A DNA stretch of 64,000 nucleotides. Source: Actinomycetota bacterium (GTDB taxonomy: Bacteria; Actinomycetota; AC-67). The position numbers and the translations under genes are program-made. The notes beneath the pieces are model-generated. The model worked only from the letters and a program-made list of their open reading frames with translations, was not told where the DNA came from and ran no database searches. The stretch lies in contig JBKKBZ010000116.1 of NCBI GenBank assembly GCA_046713235.1, forward strand, positions 2,742-66,741. The letters run 5' to 3'. Positions 1-9,581 of this stretch are shown here, piece after piece. How positions within the stretch are numbered: the first letter of the stretch is position 1; every line of letters starts with the position of its first letter.

Positions 1-1304
1 TACCGGTCGATCTCGAACGGCGAGACGTACGCCCTGTATGCGTCCCACTCCGCGCGCTTGTTGCGTATGAAGTACTCGAAGACGTGGTCGCCGAGCGCCT
101 CGCGGACGAGCTCACTTTTCTCCATCGCCGCGATGGCTTCGTAGAGATCCTCGGGCATGGACTCAATGCCGGCGGCGCGCCGCTCGGCCTCGCTCATCTC
201 GTAGATGTTGGCCGATGCCGGCGGAGGCAGCTGCTCGTTGCCGGCGATCCCGCGCAGCCCGGCCGTGAGCATCACGGCGAAGGCGAGATAGGGATTGCAA
301 GCGGGGTCCGGGGAGCGAAACTCCACCCGGAGATCACGTCCCGGCGTCGAAGGGATGCGCAGGAGCGCGGAGCGGTTTTGCTTCGCCCAGCAGATGTGCA
401 CCGGCGCCTCATAGCCGGGAACCAGGCGCTTGTAGGAGTTCACCCACTGATTACAAACGGCGGCGGTCTCTCGGGCGTGTCCGAGGATGCCCGCGATGAA
501 CGCCCGGCCGATCTTCGAGATTCTGTCGGGATCCTCGCCGTCGTAGAAGGCGTTGCGCTCGCCTTCGTATAGCGCCATGTGGGTGTGCATGCCGCTTCCC
601 CAAGCTCCCTGAATGGGTTTCGGCATGAACGTCGCGTACACCCCGGCCTCTTGGGCAACTTCCTTCACGGCCAGCCGCGACGTCATGACGTTGTCGGCCA
701 TCGTGAGCGCGTCGGTGTCACGCAGCACGATCTCGTGCTGCGACGGGGCGACCTCGTGATGGACGCTTTCGACGGAGATTCCCATCGCCTCCAGGTAGAA
801 GACCGTGCGCTTGCGCAGATCGGAGGCCACGTCCAGCGGCGTCAAGTCGAAGTACCCGCCGTGGTCGAGCGGCTCGGTGCTGGAGGCGCTTGGAAAGTAG
901 AAGTACTCGAGCTCCGGCCCGACGTAGAACGTGAAGCCCATCTCGCCGGCCTTAGCGAGCGCTGCGCGGAGCACGCGGCGTGGGTCGCCCGGGAACGCAT
1001 CGCCGTCGGGCGTCAGCACGTCGCAAAACATGCGAGCCACGCCTTGTGCTTCCGGTCGCCACGGCAGGATCTGAAAGGTCGCGGGGTCGGGCTTGGCGAG
1101 CATGTCGGATTCCTGCACGCGTGCGAACCCCTCGATGGCCGACCCGTCGAAGCCCATGCCCTCGTCGAACGCCACCTCCAGCTCTGCGGGTGTAATGGCG
1201 AACGATTTCAGATACCCAAGGACGTCGGTGAACCACAGCCGGATGAATCGAATGTCTCGCTCTTCTACGGTCCTGAGCACATACTCTGTATCGCGCGCGC
1301 TCAC
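1..1304 (-). CDS. glnA: Glutamine synthetase type I (GlnA), C-terminus truncated at window edge
   Basis: Minus-strand frame (not in ORF track because the stop lies outside the window) translates to ...KRAEWDAYRAYVSPFEIDRY at the 3' end, with internal GS motifs (NPYLAFA, EGFARVQESDMLAKPDP) and a GTG start at 1304. About 434 aa lie in the window. Confidence 0.85.
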   Translation of the reverse strand, partial: MSARDTEYVLRTVEERDIRFIRLWFTDVLGYLKSFAITPAELEVAFDEGMGFDGSAIEGFARVQESDMLAKPDPATFQILPWRPEAQGVARMFCDVLTPDGDAFPGDPRRVLRAALAKAGEMGFTFYVGPELEYFYFPSASSTEPLDHGGYFDLTPLDVASDLRKRTVFYLEAMGISVESVHHEVAPSQHEIVLRDTDALTMADNVMTSRLAVKEVAQEAGVYATFMPKPIQGAWGSGMHTHMALYEGERNAFYDGEDPDRISKIGRAFIAGILGHARETAAVCNQWVNSYKRLVPGYEAPVHICWAKQNRSALLRIPSTPGRDLRVEFRSPDPACNPYLAFAVMLTAGLRGIAGNEQLPPPASANIYEMSEAERRAAGIESMPEDLYEAIAAMEKSELVREALGDHVFEYFIRNKRAEWDAYRAYVSPFEIDR

Positions 1305-1959
1305 GCATGCCTCCGCGGCTCAAGCTTGTATCCGACGTTGCGAATCGTTCCGATGATGGATTCGTGCTCCGCGCCCAACTTAGCCCGCAAGCGCCGGACG
1401 TGCACGTCCACCGTTCTGGTGCCTCCGAAATAGTCGTACCCCCACACCTCTTGCAGGAGCTGGCTGCGCGAGAACACTCGGCCCGGCCGCTGGGCTAGGA
1501 AGCGAAGGAGCTCGAACTCCTTGTAGGTCAGGTCGAGCGGCCGTCCTCGAAGCCGCACCTGATAGGTGTCGGGGTCGATCGACAGCTCGCCGATGCGCAC
1601 CACACCCGGCGAATCGACGAGATGACTTCCGATCAGCAAGCGAACCCGTGCAAGGGTCTCGGCGGGCGTGGCCCCCTCAACGAGGAACGCATCAATTTCC
1701 CAGTCGGGCGCGAGCGTGTCCACCGCTTCTGCGGCCACCGTCACAAGCAGCCGGAGGCGAGGCGCCTGGAATCGGAGCGAACGGCATGCTTCCCGTCCGC
1801 GCGCGATGTCCTTCACCGCATCGACGACGCAGATGTCGGGAGTCGGCCCCGAGCCCAACTGGGCGCCCAGCGCCGTGTAAGCGACGCGATGTCCGGCCGA
1901 CTCGAAGATCGCTCCGAGCTGCTCGTCGTCGCGATCCGAATGGATCAGAATGTCTGCCA
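1301..1959 (-). CDS. OmpR/PhoB-family orphan response regulator, GlnR-like
   Basis: Receiver domain (ICVVDAVKD) plus winged-helix domain (LTYKEFELLRFL...TVDVHVRRLRAKL...IRNVGYKL). Chosen start is GTG at 1959 (VADILIHSD). Its stop overlaps the glnA GTG start (GTGA at 1301-1304). Confidence 0.6.
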
Positions 1960-2168
1960 CGTCGCGCCTCCGCGAAGGCCTCGAAAAGCGAAGAAACCCC
2001 AGGCGACCGGCTTCCTTGCCTGAGGTTCTAGACGCCGGTTGCGCTTCCCGGCGCCTGCCGAGCAAAGTAGCAGAGCCAGTCGCGTCTCACAAGGAGGATT
2101 CGCCTGCTCCCACCGACGAAGCGAGGTCGTGCCGCCCGGCGATTTTCGGCCGGGCATGAGGACTTCTT

Positions 2169-2984
2169 GTGCCGATGAACGACGGCGCGGAAGGACGCGG
2201 ACGCCATCTCTTTGTTGCCGGCGTGCTGGCGGTCGCCGCTTTGATCGGATTGCTGGCCGGCAAGGCCGCCCTCGCCGTCGTGACCGCGGGGGCAGCGATC
2301 CTCGGTGCGCGTGAGGTCTTCGACCGGCAGCGCCTTCGCGGGCTGCGCCCTGTTCCGCTTGTCGGCGTCGGTGCCATAGTTGGTCTTTTCGGGATTGCGC
2401 TGGCCACGGGAGAGGACGCACCACGTGTCTTCCCCTTCGTAGTTGCCTCGGCGACGGTCGCGTGTTTCGGAGCGATCATGTTGCGTAAGCGAATTGCCGG
2501 CGCGACCGAATCGATCGTGACGACGCTGCTGCTCGTCGTCGTGCTTGGAATGCTGGGAGCATACGTGGTCGTGGTGCGCGGTCTGCCGCTGGGTGTGCGA
2601 TTCGCGGCGGGGCTCCTGTCGATGGTGGCGGCGACCCAAGGCGGGAGTGCTGCCTATGCCGCATGGCGCCGCCGACGCGCCGGAAGTCATGCTCTGGCCC
2701 GCCCCGCGTGGGAGACGCGGGTTGCAGGTGCCGTAGGGTGCTTCGCCGTAGCTATGGTCGACGTCGTCGTTTTCGCGCCGGCCTTTGATCGCGGTAGGGC
2801 GCTGTTTCTCGCGGCAATCGTCATCATCTTCGTGCCACTCGGCGAGCTGTGGGTTTGGATGTTCCGGCAAGACCTCGCCGCCGAGGGTGAGCCGCTTCCA
2901 GAATTCCCCATCCTTGCGCGCGTTGCACCGGTGCTAACGGCCGCGGCCCCGTTCTTCTACGCGGTTCGAGCCCTGATCCGCTAG
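2169..2984 (+). CDS. Polytopic membrane protein, unknown function
   Basis: 271-aa ORF with multiple hydrophobic segments. Divergent from the glnR-like gene. Confidence 0.5.
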   Translation: MPMNDGAEGRGRHLFVAGVLAVAALIGLLAGKAALAVVTAGAAILGAREVFDRQRLRGLRPVPLVGVGAIVGLFGIALATGEDAPRVFPFVVASATVACFGAIMLRKRIAGATESIVTTLLLVVVLGMLGAYVVVVRGLPLGVRFAAGLLSMVAATQGGSAAYAAWRRRRAGSHALARPAWETRVAGAVGCFAVAMVDVVVFAPAFDRGRALFLAAIVIIFVPLGELWVWMFRQDLAAEGEPLPEFPILARVAPVLTAAAPFFYAVRALIR

Positions 2985-3745
2985 TGGGTCTGCTCGAGGC
3001 GCTCGTCCTTCGGCGGGTTACGCTAGCGCTCGTGCGCATGGTGCGGCGGCTCGTGGTGTTCCTGGTCCTCCTGGCCGGTCTAGGCCTCGTGGCCGGCGCG
3101 GCGCTTCAGCCGTTTGCCGAGCGCAAGATCGGCGAGACGATTCAGAAATCACTCGAGCTCGAGACACCACCGACGGTCCGCCTCGACGCCTTTCCCATCC
3201 TGGTACGTGCAGCGCAGGGCCGTGTTGCGGGCCTGACCGTTGATGGACGCAATCTCGTCGTTCAACGTCTCCGGCTCGCGCGGTATCACGTCGATGTCGT
3301 CGGTGTGGCCATCTCTTACTCCGCCCTGCTCACGGGAAATCCGCGCGCACGCGTGCAGGGTGGTGAAGCGTCGGCTCTTGTCACGCAGGAAGCCGTGAAC
3401 GCCTATCTTGCCGCGCGCAAGGAGACGGCGCGGGTGACCTTTGGAAAGGGCACGGTTCGCGTCCGAGATCGCGCGCGCTATCTCGGATCCGTTCGCAACC
3501 TCGAGGCGGTGGGACGGTTCTCGATCGATGGCCGGGATCTCGTGTTCGTCGCCGACCGCGTGACGATCGACGGCAAACCGCCCCCCGGAGCGCTGGCCGA
3601 GCGGGCAAAGCGGGACGCCGGCTTCCGCCAGCCGCTTCCGGCTCTCTTCGGGGGAATTCGCGCACGACGAATCACCGTCGAGCCGACGGGCGCCGAGCTC
3701 GTCGCCGAATTCGGTGCAACGACGATCGATCTGGGCGCCGCTTAG
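2984..3745 (+). CDS. DUF2993 (LmeA-like) family membrane-anchored protein
   Basis: N-terminal TM helix followed by a soluble domain typical of actinobacterial DUF2993. Start overlaps the upstream stop. Confidence 0.5.
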   Translation: MGLLEALVLRRVTLALVRMVRRLVVFLVLLAGLGLVAGAALQPFAERKIGETIQKSLELETPPTVRLDAFPILVRAAQGRVAGLTVDGRNLVVQRLRLARYHVDVVGVAISYSALLTGNPRARVQGGEASALVTQEAVNAYLAARKETARVTFGKGTVRVRDRARYLGSVRNLEAVGRFSIDGRDLVFVADRVTIDGKPPPGALAERAKRDAGFRQPLPALFGGIRARRITVEPTGAELVAEFGATTIDLGAA

Positions 3746-3750
3746 CGCTG

Positions 3751-5034
3751 CTAGGTGCGATAGCGTCGGAACTCGGGGACGAGGACCGCCAGAAGCATCG
3801 CGCCGGCGATACAGGCGACTCCCCCTGAGACGACGGAGGCGGTGGGCCCGAAGGCTTCGGCGACGAGTCCCGCCTCCAGATCGCCGAGCCTGGGACCGCC
3901 GGTGACAACCAAAATGTGGACGCCGGAAAGGCGCCCGCGCAAGGAGTCCGGAACGGAGGACTGGAGAATCGTCCCGCGAAACACCGCGGAGATGACGTCG
4001 GCGGCACCGGCGCCGGCGAGCAGGATCAGGGCGGCCGGCAAGTTTGAACCGACGAGTCCAAACGCGGTGATCCCCGCGCCCCAAATCGCCACCGCGATCA
4101 GCACCGCGAGACCTTGCCGGCGTATGCGTCCCACCCAACCGGCGGTGAGCGCACCGACCAGAGCCCCGGCGGCAATCGCGGAGAACAGCGCGCCGACGAC
4201 CTCCGGGCCGCGCCGGAACTGCGTCACCGCCAAGAGCGGAAACAACGCTCGCGGCATCCCGAAGATCATCGCGACGAGATCAACCGTGAAGGTCGACTGC
4301 AGCACGGGCCTGCCCTTGAGAAAACGAAATGCCTCGAGCACGGCACGGGGTCCGGAGGCAACGATGCTCGAAGCATCGCTCCGCGGTGTATGCGGGCGCA
4401 TGGCCATGGCGGCGCCGATCGTCGCGGCATACGTGAGGAGATCTACGGCGTATACCCACGCGAGTCCGGCGCGTGCGATGACGACCCCCGCGATCGCCGG
4501 CCCGACGACCATCGACGCGCTCCACATCGCCTGATTGAGCGCGATCGCCGACGGCAGCAATTCGCGCGGCACGAGGTTCGCCGTCAACGACGACCGGGTG
4601 GGCTGAGCGATTCCCGACAGGGCCGCAGACAATGCAACGGCCCCGTAGATCAGGCCGAGGGGCGGCCGGCCGGCCAGCGCGGCGAGAAGGAGCGCGGCCG
4701 ACGTCGCCGCGAGGCCTACCTGAGAGATCAGCAGTAGCTTCCGGCGGTCGGATCTGTCGACCAGCGGTCCGCCGCCGATCGTGGCAAGGATCAGCGGCAC
4801 GAGTTGCACGAGACCCACCAAGCCAACGGCTGCGGCCGACCCGGTGAGACGGAACACTTGATAGAAGACCGCGACGACCGTCATCTGATGTCCCGATGCG
4901 GATACGATCTCCCCGAACCACAGCAGGCGGTAGTCGCGCGACACGCGCAAGGGTGTGATATCGACGGCGACGAGTCGCGCGCGCTTTCGAAGGCGAGAAG
5001 CGAATCCGGGTTCGGTTGGGTCGCGCTCGTCCAC
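3751..5034 (-). CDS. MFS transporter
   Basis: 427 aa with about 12 TM segments and MFS-like signature regions. Confidence 0.75.
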   Translation of the reverse strand: MDERDPTEPGFASRLRKRARLVAVDITPLRVSRDYRLLWFGEIVSASGHQMTVVAVFYQVFRLTGSAAAVGLVGLVQLVPLILATIGGGPLVDRSDRRKLLLISQVGLAATSAALLLAALAGRPPLGLIYGAVALSAALSGIAQPTRSSLTANLVPRELLPSAIALNQAMWSASMVVGPAIAGVVIARAGLAWVYAVDLLTYAATIGAAMAMRPHTPRSDASSIVASGPRAVLEAFRFLKGRPVLQSTFTVDLVAMIFGMPRALFPLLAVTQFRRGPEVVGALFSAIAAGALVGALTAGWVGRIRRQGLAVLIAVAIWGAGITAFGLVGSNLPAALILLAGAGAADVISAVFRGTILQSSVPDSLRGRLSGVHILVVTGGPRLGDLEAGLVAEAFGPTASVVSGGVACIAGAMLLAVLVPEFRRYRT

Positions 5035-5088
5035 TCCTGCTTAGCCTAGCCCCGAACGTCCCGTCAATGATTCGGTAATAGTTGGGGT

Positions 5089-5649
5089 TCAGACGGGAGA
5101 GGACGCCGGGCTGATCATCAGCTTGCCGTGGAACTCGAGGGGCTCCATCGGGTCGATGACTTCGGAGATTGCGGCGGTCGTCACGATCTTCTGAATTCCC
5201 TTGGAGAAGCGATTGCGGTAGGTGCGAGACGTGCACCCAGCCGAGACTCCGACCGGGTTGTGCGGGGCCGGCGGCATAACAAGCTCGAGGGGACCGACGC
5301 CGTCTTCAGGCGCAAGGCCGGTGAGATACTGGCAGGTCGCCCCGAAGATCAAGCGCCCGAGCGGGTCGAACCACGAGACCGAAACGTACCCTCCTGGGAT
5401 GACCGGCATGGCGACGTGGAAGTTCGCGTGGGACTCGACGAGAGATACGTACCCCGCCCGCGTGAGGGTGAACTGCCCAACGCAATCGCCGTACCAGCCT
5501 CCATCGCCGGTCGGCGTGGTCATCCCGGAGCACTCGCCCGGAACGGCTCCCGTCGCCAGAAGCTCGTGCACGGTGGCCCGGCCCGAACCGGGGACGGCCG
5601 TCCCCAGGGCAAGCGCAAGCATGAGTATGAAAAGTCTCGATCGGCCCAT
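5089..5649 (-). CDS. Secreted hypothetical protein (signal peptide, 4 Cys)
   Basis: N-terminal signal peptide MGRSRLFILMLALALGTAVPGSG. No recognisable domain. Confidence 0.45.
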   Translation of the reverse strand: MGRSRLFILMLALALGTAVPGSGRATVHELLATGAVPGECSGMTTPTGDGGWYGDCVGQFTLTRAGYVSLVESHANFHVAMPVIPGGYVSVSWFDPLGRLIFGATCQYLTGLAPEDGVGPLELVMPPAPHNPVGVSAGCTSRTYRNRFSKGIQKIVTTAAISEVIDPMEPLEFHGKLMISPASSPV

Positions 5650-5864
5650 ATGCAGATCCCCTCAAATATTGGAGGTTCGACATTGGCTCATTGATCTCCT
5701 TCCCGGCGGACACGGGGGATCCGGCACAATGCCGCCTCGCCCGGTAGCGCGAGGTCCCTACCGGGCGCCGGGGCTTTCCGGCCCTGCTGAGGACTCCCCC
5801 AAAGGGGCTCCGAACACGCACGAGCGCGGGGCGATTGACCCCGCGCGCGCCCGTGCGACTGTTT

Positions 5865-6008
5865 CTACGGGTTGGGAGCGGCTTCCTCCCAGCCCGACTC
5901 CTCACCCGCGCGGCCACGCTTCTTCTTCATGAAGAAGAACACACCACCGACGATTGCCAGCAGCGCGGCAAGCAGGCCCTTCTTCGAGCGCTTCTTCTCT
6001 TCGGCCAT
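5865..6008 (-). CDS. Small (47 aa) single-TM protein with lysine-rich flanks
   Basis: Internal ATG at 6008 gives MAEEKKRSKKGLLAALLAIVGGVFFFMKKKRGRAGEESGWEEAAPNP. A GC hairpin lies downstream at about 5822-5848. Confidence 0.3.
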   Translation of the reverse strand: MAEEKKRSKKGLLAALLAIVGGVFFFMKKKRGRAGEESGWEEAAPNP

Positions 6009-6235
6009 ACGGACCCCTCCCAATAGACGGGACGGGAGCATCATAACGATCGCGCACGACACCCGACAATGCCCAGCCCGAAATCTGTCCGGATGGACAT
6101 GACCGTTTCGGGCTTGGAGAGTAGATATTTCGGCCCAGGAGGGGCAGGCGGGCCACCGGCTTCGCCTCTTGCTCGTCGCGGCGCTCATGGTCGGAGGGGG
6201 CGCCGATCCAGGACTGCCGGCGACTTAGGCCGACG

Positions 6236-7150
6236 TCATGGATCTTCTCGCGCCGTGCGGGTTGAGCGGATCACTCCGAAGTAGACGCCTACGAGCACGA
6301 GGATCGAGCCGACGACGAACGTGCCGGTGGTCTGCTCGTCCAGCAGCCAGGCCGCAAGCGCGATGCCAACCAGTGGCGCGAGCACGAACTCATAGGAGGC
6401 GGCGCTCGCCGACCATCTGCTGAGCACGAACAGATACAGCCCGAACACGCCCACCGTGCCGATGGTGACGAGGTAGGCCTGCGCTGCCCAGGTCGAACCT
6501 TCCTCGGGGATCTTGAAAGACTGGCCGAACAGCGGCATCAGTACGAAAAGCATCACGGTCGCCACGGCGAGGCCGATCGCATTCCTCGCCGCCGGATGCA
6601 CGGGAGGGAAGCCCTTCACAGCGATCGCGCCCTCAGCCGCACACGCCGCGGCCGCGAGGACTGCCAGCAATGATGCGACGGGCACACCTTCGTCGACGCC
6701 TCCGCGGAGGACGACCACCGTTCCCACCACGACGATCGCCGCGCCCGCAAGGCTGTCCCAGCGGAATCGCTCCTGGCCATGGGCAAGCGCAAAGATGAAC
6801 GTGAGCAATGGTCCCGTCGCCAGCAGCATGCCCGCCATCCCGGCGGGGACCTCTTGCAATCCCAAGTAGATGAATCCAAAGAAGGCGCCGAGCGAGAGTG
6901 CTCCGTACAACAGCGCGCCCACAAGTGCGCGCCCTCGCGGCATCGACGCACGAAGCACGCGCGCGACGATCGCGAAGATCACCGTGGCGATCAGGAAGCG
7001 CGACGCAGCCGCCCACAGAGGATCGATCCCCGGCTCGCGCAGTATGAGCTTGACGGCGACGACGTTACCGCCGATCCCGATCACCATGAGGAAGAACGCG
7101 CCAAGGACGGCCCGATCGGGCCGCTTGCCGGCCTCCTGCGCTTCCACCAC
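6236..7150 (-). CDS. EamA/DMT-superfamily transporter
   Basis: 304 aa with 10 TM segments and a duplicated EamA-like architecture. Confidence 0.75.
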   Translation of the reverse strand: MVEAQEAGKRPDRAVLGAFFLMVIGIGGNVVAVKLILREPGIDPLWAAASRFLIATVIFAIVARVLRASMPRGRALVGALLYGALSLGAFFGFIYLGLQEVPAGMAGMLLATGPLLTFIFALAHGQERFRWDSLAGAAIVVVGTVVVLRGGVDEGVPVASLLAVLAAAACAAEGAIAVKGFPPVHPAARNAIGLAVATVMLFVLMPLFGQSFKIPEEGSTWAAQAYLVTIGTVGVFGLYLFVLSRWSASAASYEFVLAPLVGIALAAWLLDEQTTGTFVVGSILVLVGVYFGVIRSTRTAREDP

Positions 7151-7252
7151 GTGCGACTTTATCGACAGCGCCCGATAGCATGCGTTGATGCCTCAGCGGT
7201 GTCGAAGACGCCATGCGGTCCGACCCGGCGTCAGGTTCGAACATTGTCAATC

Positions 7253-7329
<77 letters not shown>

Positions 7330-7350
7330 GCGGCCGGACAGGCTACCACT

Positions 7351-7713
7351 TCAGCCCTTTTCCGACACCGAGATCTCGATGCCGCCGACCACGTCGGCGA
7401 TGAGGTTGTAGAGAAACACGCCGCAGACGGTGATGATCGTCCAGACCACGGTCCCGAGGGCCCCGATGAGGAAGAACCACTTGAAGATCGCTCCGCCGGA
7501 GACCGTCACGGGATAATCCACGTCGGCGAACAACTGCTCGATGTCGGCGATGACCCCGAAGGCTTTCAGCATCGCGAAGATGATGGCCGAGCCGAGCAGA
7601 AAGACGAGGAGCAAGCAAAAGTAAAACAGGAGGGAGAACTTGAGGACCGACCACGGGTCGATCTTGCGGACGACGAGGCGAGCGCGGCGCCAGCCGCGAG
7701 GCGCAGCGGACAT
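7351..7713 (-). CDS. DUF3566 transmembrane protein (Rv0007-like)
   Basis: N-terminus RRARLVVRKIDPWSVLKFSLLF plus 2 TM segments. Position after gyrA matches Mycobacterium. Confidence 0.7.
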   Translation of the reverse strand: MSAAPRGWRRARLVVRKIDPWSVLKFSLLFYFCLLLVFLLGSAIIFAMLKAFGVIADIEQLFADVDYPVTVSGGAIFKWFFLIGALGTVVWTIITVCGVFLYNLIADVVGGIEISVSEKG

Positions 7714-7727
7714 CGTCTGGCCGGTCG

Positions 7728-9164
7728 CTATCCCTTGACGACCGCCAGAGGGCGCAGGCGCGCCACTCTCCTCGATAACTTCGCCCCCTCGCAGGTCTCC
7801 ACCACCGCGGACACATCCTTATACGCGGCCGGCGCCTCCTCCGCCAGCAGGCCCCATTGTGTCGCATTCACCAGCACACCGGCCGCAGCGAGGTCGGCCG
7901 CGAGCTGTCGGCCGCTGACCTGCTTCTTGGCTTGCGTGCGGCTCATCATTCGGCCGGCGCCGTGGCAGGTGGAGGAAAACGCCCGAGCGCCCTCGGCGAC
8001 ACCGGCCAGCACGTAAGAGGCCGTGCCCATCGAGCCCGGGATGAGCACCGGCTGTCCGGCCTCACGAAACGCATCTGCCAGCTCCGGGTGGCCGGGGCCG
8101 AACGCCCGCGTGGCGCCCTTGCGGTGAACGCAGAGAAGCCGCTCGCGCCCATCCACGTCGTGCCGTTCCAGCTTGGCAAGGTTATGCGAGACGTCGTACA
8201 CGAGCCGAAGGCCGAGATCCTCGGCACTCCGGCCGAAAACGGTCTCGAAGCACCGGCGAACCTCGTGTGCCAGAAGGTGCCTGTTCGCCCGGGCGAAATT
8301 CGCCGCCGCGGACATCGCCGACAGATACCGCTCACCTTCCGGCGTTCCCACCGGGGCACACGCGAGCTGCCGATCCGGGACGGTGATCTTGTATGCGGCC
8401 ATCGCCCGGTCGAACTTACGGACCTCGTCGGTGCAGACTTGGTGGCCGAGTCCTCGGGATCCGCAGTGCATCATCACCGTGATCGTCCCGGGCTCGAGGT
8501 CGAAGGCCGCAGCGGCGCGCTCGTCGAAGATTTCCTCGATCGCCTGGATCTCGAGGAAATGATTGCCGGCACCGAGCGATCCGAGCTGCGTCGCGCCGCG
8601 CTCGCGTGCCCGATCGCTTACCGCGTCGGGATCCGCTTCGAGGCGGCCCCCGTCCTCGCACCGCTCCACGTCCGAGGGCCAGCCGACACCGCGCTCGAGC
8701 AGCGCAACCACTCCGTCGGTGAGCACGTCCCGCATCTGGGCACCGTCGAGCTTCATGAGACCGTCGCGGCCCGTCCCCCGGGGTATGCGGCGCGCCAGCT
8801 CGTCGATCAGACGCTGCATCGCCGGCGCTGCTTCGGCGAGCAAGAGGTCGCTTCGCAACAGTCGCACACCGCAACAGATGTCGAATCCGACGCCCCCCGG
8901 TGTGACGACGCCGCCATTCTCGACGTCGGTCGCCGCAACCCCGCCGACGGGGAAGCCATAGCCCCAATGCACGTCGGGCATCGCGAACGAAGCGCGAACG
9001 ATGCCGGGAAGCATCGCCACGTTGGCCACCTGATCGAGGGCTCGATCCTCTTTCGCCTTTACCAATAACCCCTCGCTGGCAAAGACGTGGCCCGGCACGA
9101 CCATACCCGCCCGGGCGCCCACCGGGATCTGCCATTCGTACGGTCCGAGGCGGAGCAGGTCCAT
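7728..9164 (-). CDS. rtcB: RNA-splicing ligase RtcB
   Basis: Motifs DVHWGYGFPVGG, NHFLEIQ and C-terminal STCHGAGRMMSR. Start taken at the second Met (9164); an upstream ATG at 9203 would overlap archease by 31 nt. Confidence 0.85.
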   Translation of the reverse strand: MDLLRLGPYEWQIPVGARAGMVVPGHVFASEGLLVKAKEDRALDQVANVAMLPGIVRASFAMPDVHWGYGFPVGGVAATDVENGGVVTPGGVGFDICCGVRLLRSDLLLAEAAPAMQRLIDELARRIPRGTGRDGLMKLDGAQMRDVLTDGVVALLERGVGWPSDVERCEDGGRLEADPDAVSDRARERGATQLGSLGAGNHFLEIQAIEEIFDERAAAAFDLEPGTITVMMHCGSRGLGHQVCTDEVRKFDRAMAAYKITVPDRQLACAPVGTPEGERYLSAMSAAANFARANRHLLAHEVRRCFETVFGRSAEDLGLRLVYDVSHNLAKLERHDVDGRERLLCVHRKGATRAFGPGHPELADAFREAGQPVLIPGSMGTASYVLAGVAEGARAFSSTCHGAGRMMSRTQAKKQVSGRQLAADLAAAGVLVNATQWGLLAEEAPAAYKDVSAVVETCEGAKLSRRVARLRPLAVVKG

Positions 9165-9172
9165 CGGGGCCT

Positions 9173-9577
9173 CTACACGTCGACGTAGACCCGAGCCATC
9201 CATTCGGACCTAGTCTTGGACACGGTCAAGCCGTGATAAGTGACCGCCTTGATCATGGGGCCGGCCGGCTCGGAGTCGATAACCACATAGACGTCCCCCT
9301 CCGCACGAGTCGGCGACACCTGCCGGAGGTCGGCGCCTACCACAAGCTCGCCTCGGGTCTCGAAGCGGTACAGGCACTCCTCCAGGAACTGGACGAGGGT
9401 GTCCTCAAGGTCGGACCCCTCGACCAGGATCGCCCGGGCGTCGTCGGAATCGTCGGGCTCGTCGTCGAGGATGATCGCCGCAAGGGCGCGAGCCGCGTCG
9501 GCGAACAGGACGGGAAGCTCGGGCGCACGCACCTCGATTCCCACGTCCGCCGTGTGGGGGATGATCTCGTACGGCAT
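9173..9577 (-). CDS. Archease (RtcB activator)
   Basis: MPYEIIPHTADVGIEV... N-terminal archease signature, 134 aa, immediately upstream of rtcB. Confidence 0.75.
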   Translation of the reverse strand: MPYEIIPHTADVGIEVRAPELPVLFADAARALAAIILDDEPDDSDDARAILVEGSDLEDTLVQFLEECLYRFETRGELVVGADLRQVSPTRAEGDVYVVIDSEPAGPMIKAVTYHGLTVSKTRSEWMARVYVDV

Positions 9578-9581
9578 CCTG

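Noticed and set aside
2028-5236. Several 250-330 aa ORFs in alternative frames (2028-2870 -, 3149-4138 -, 4280-5236 -, 3842-4534 +)
   Set aside because: They overlap better-supported membrane-protein, DUF2993 and MFS genes. Compositions are dominated by Arg, Pro and Gly.
7151-7252. GGTTCGAAC motif upstream of the EamA gene as a second tRNA (for example tRNA-Ala next to tRNA-Ile)
   Set aside because: Flanking sequence cannot form T-stem or acceptor-stem pairing, so no tRNA-Ala is present here.
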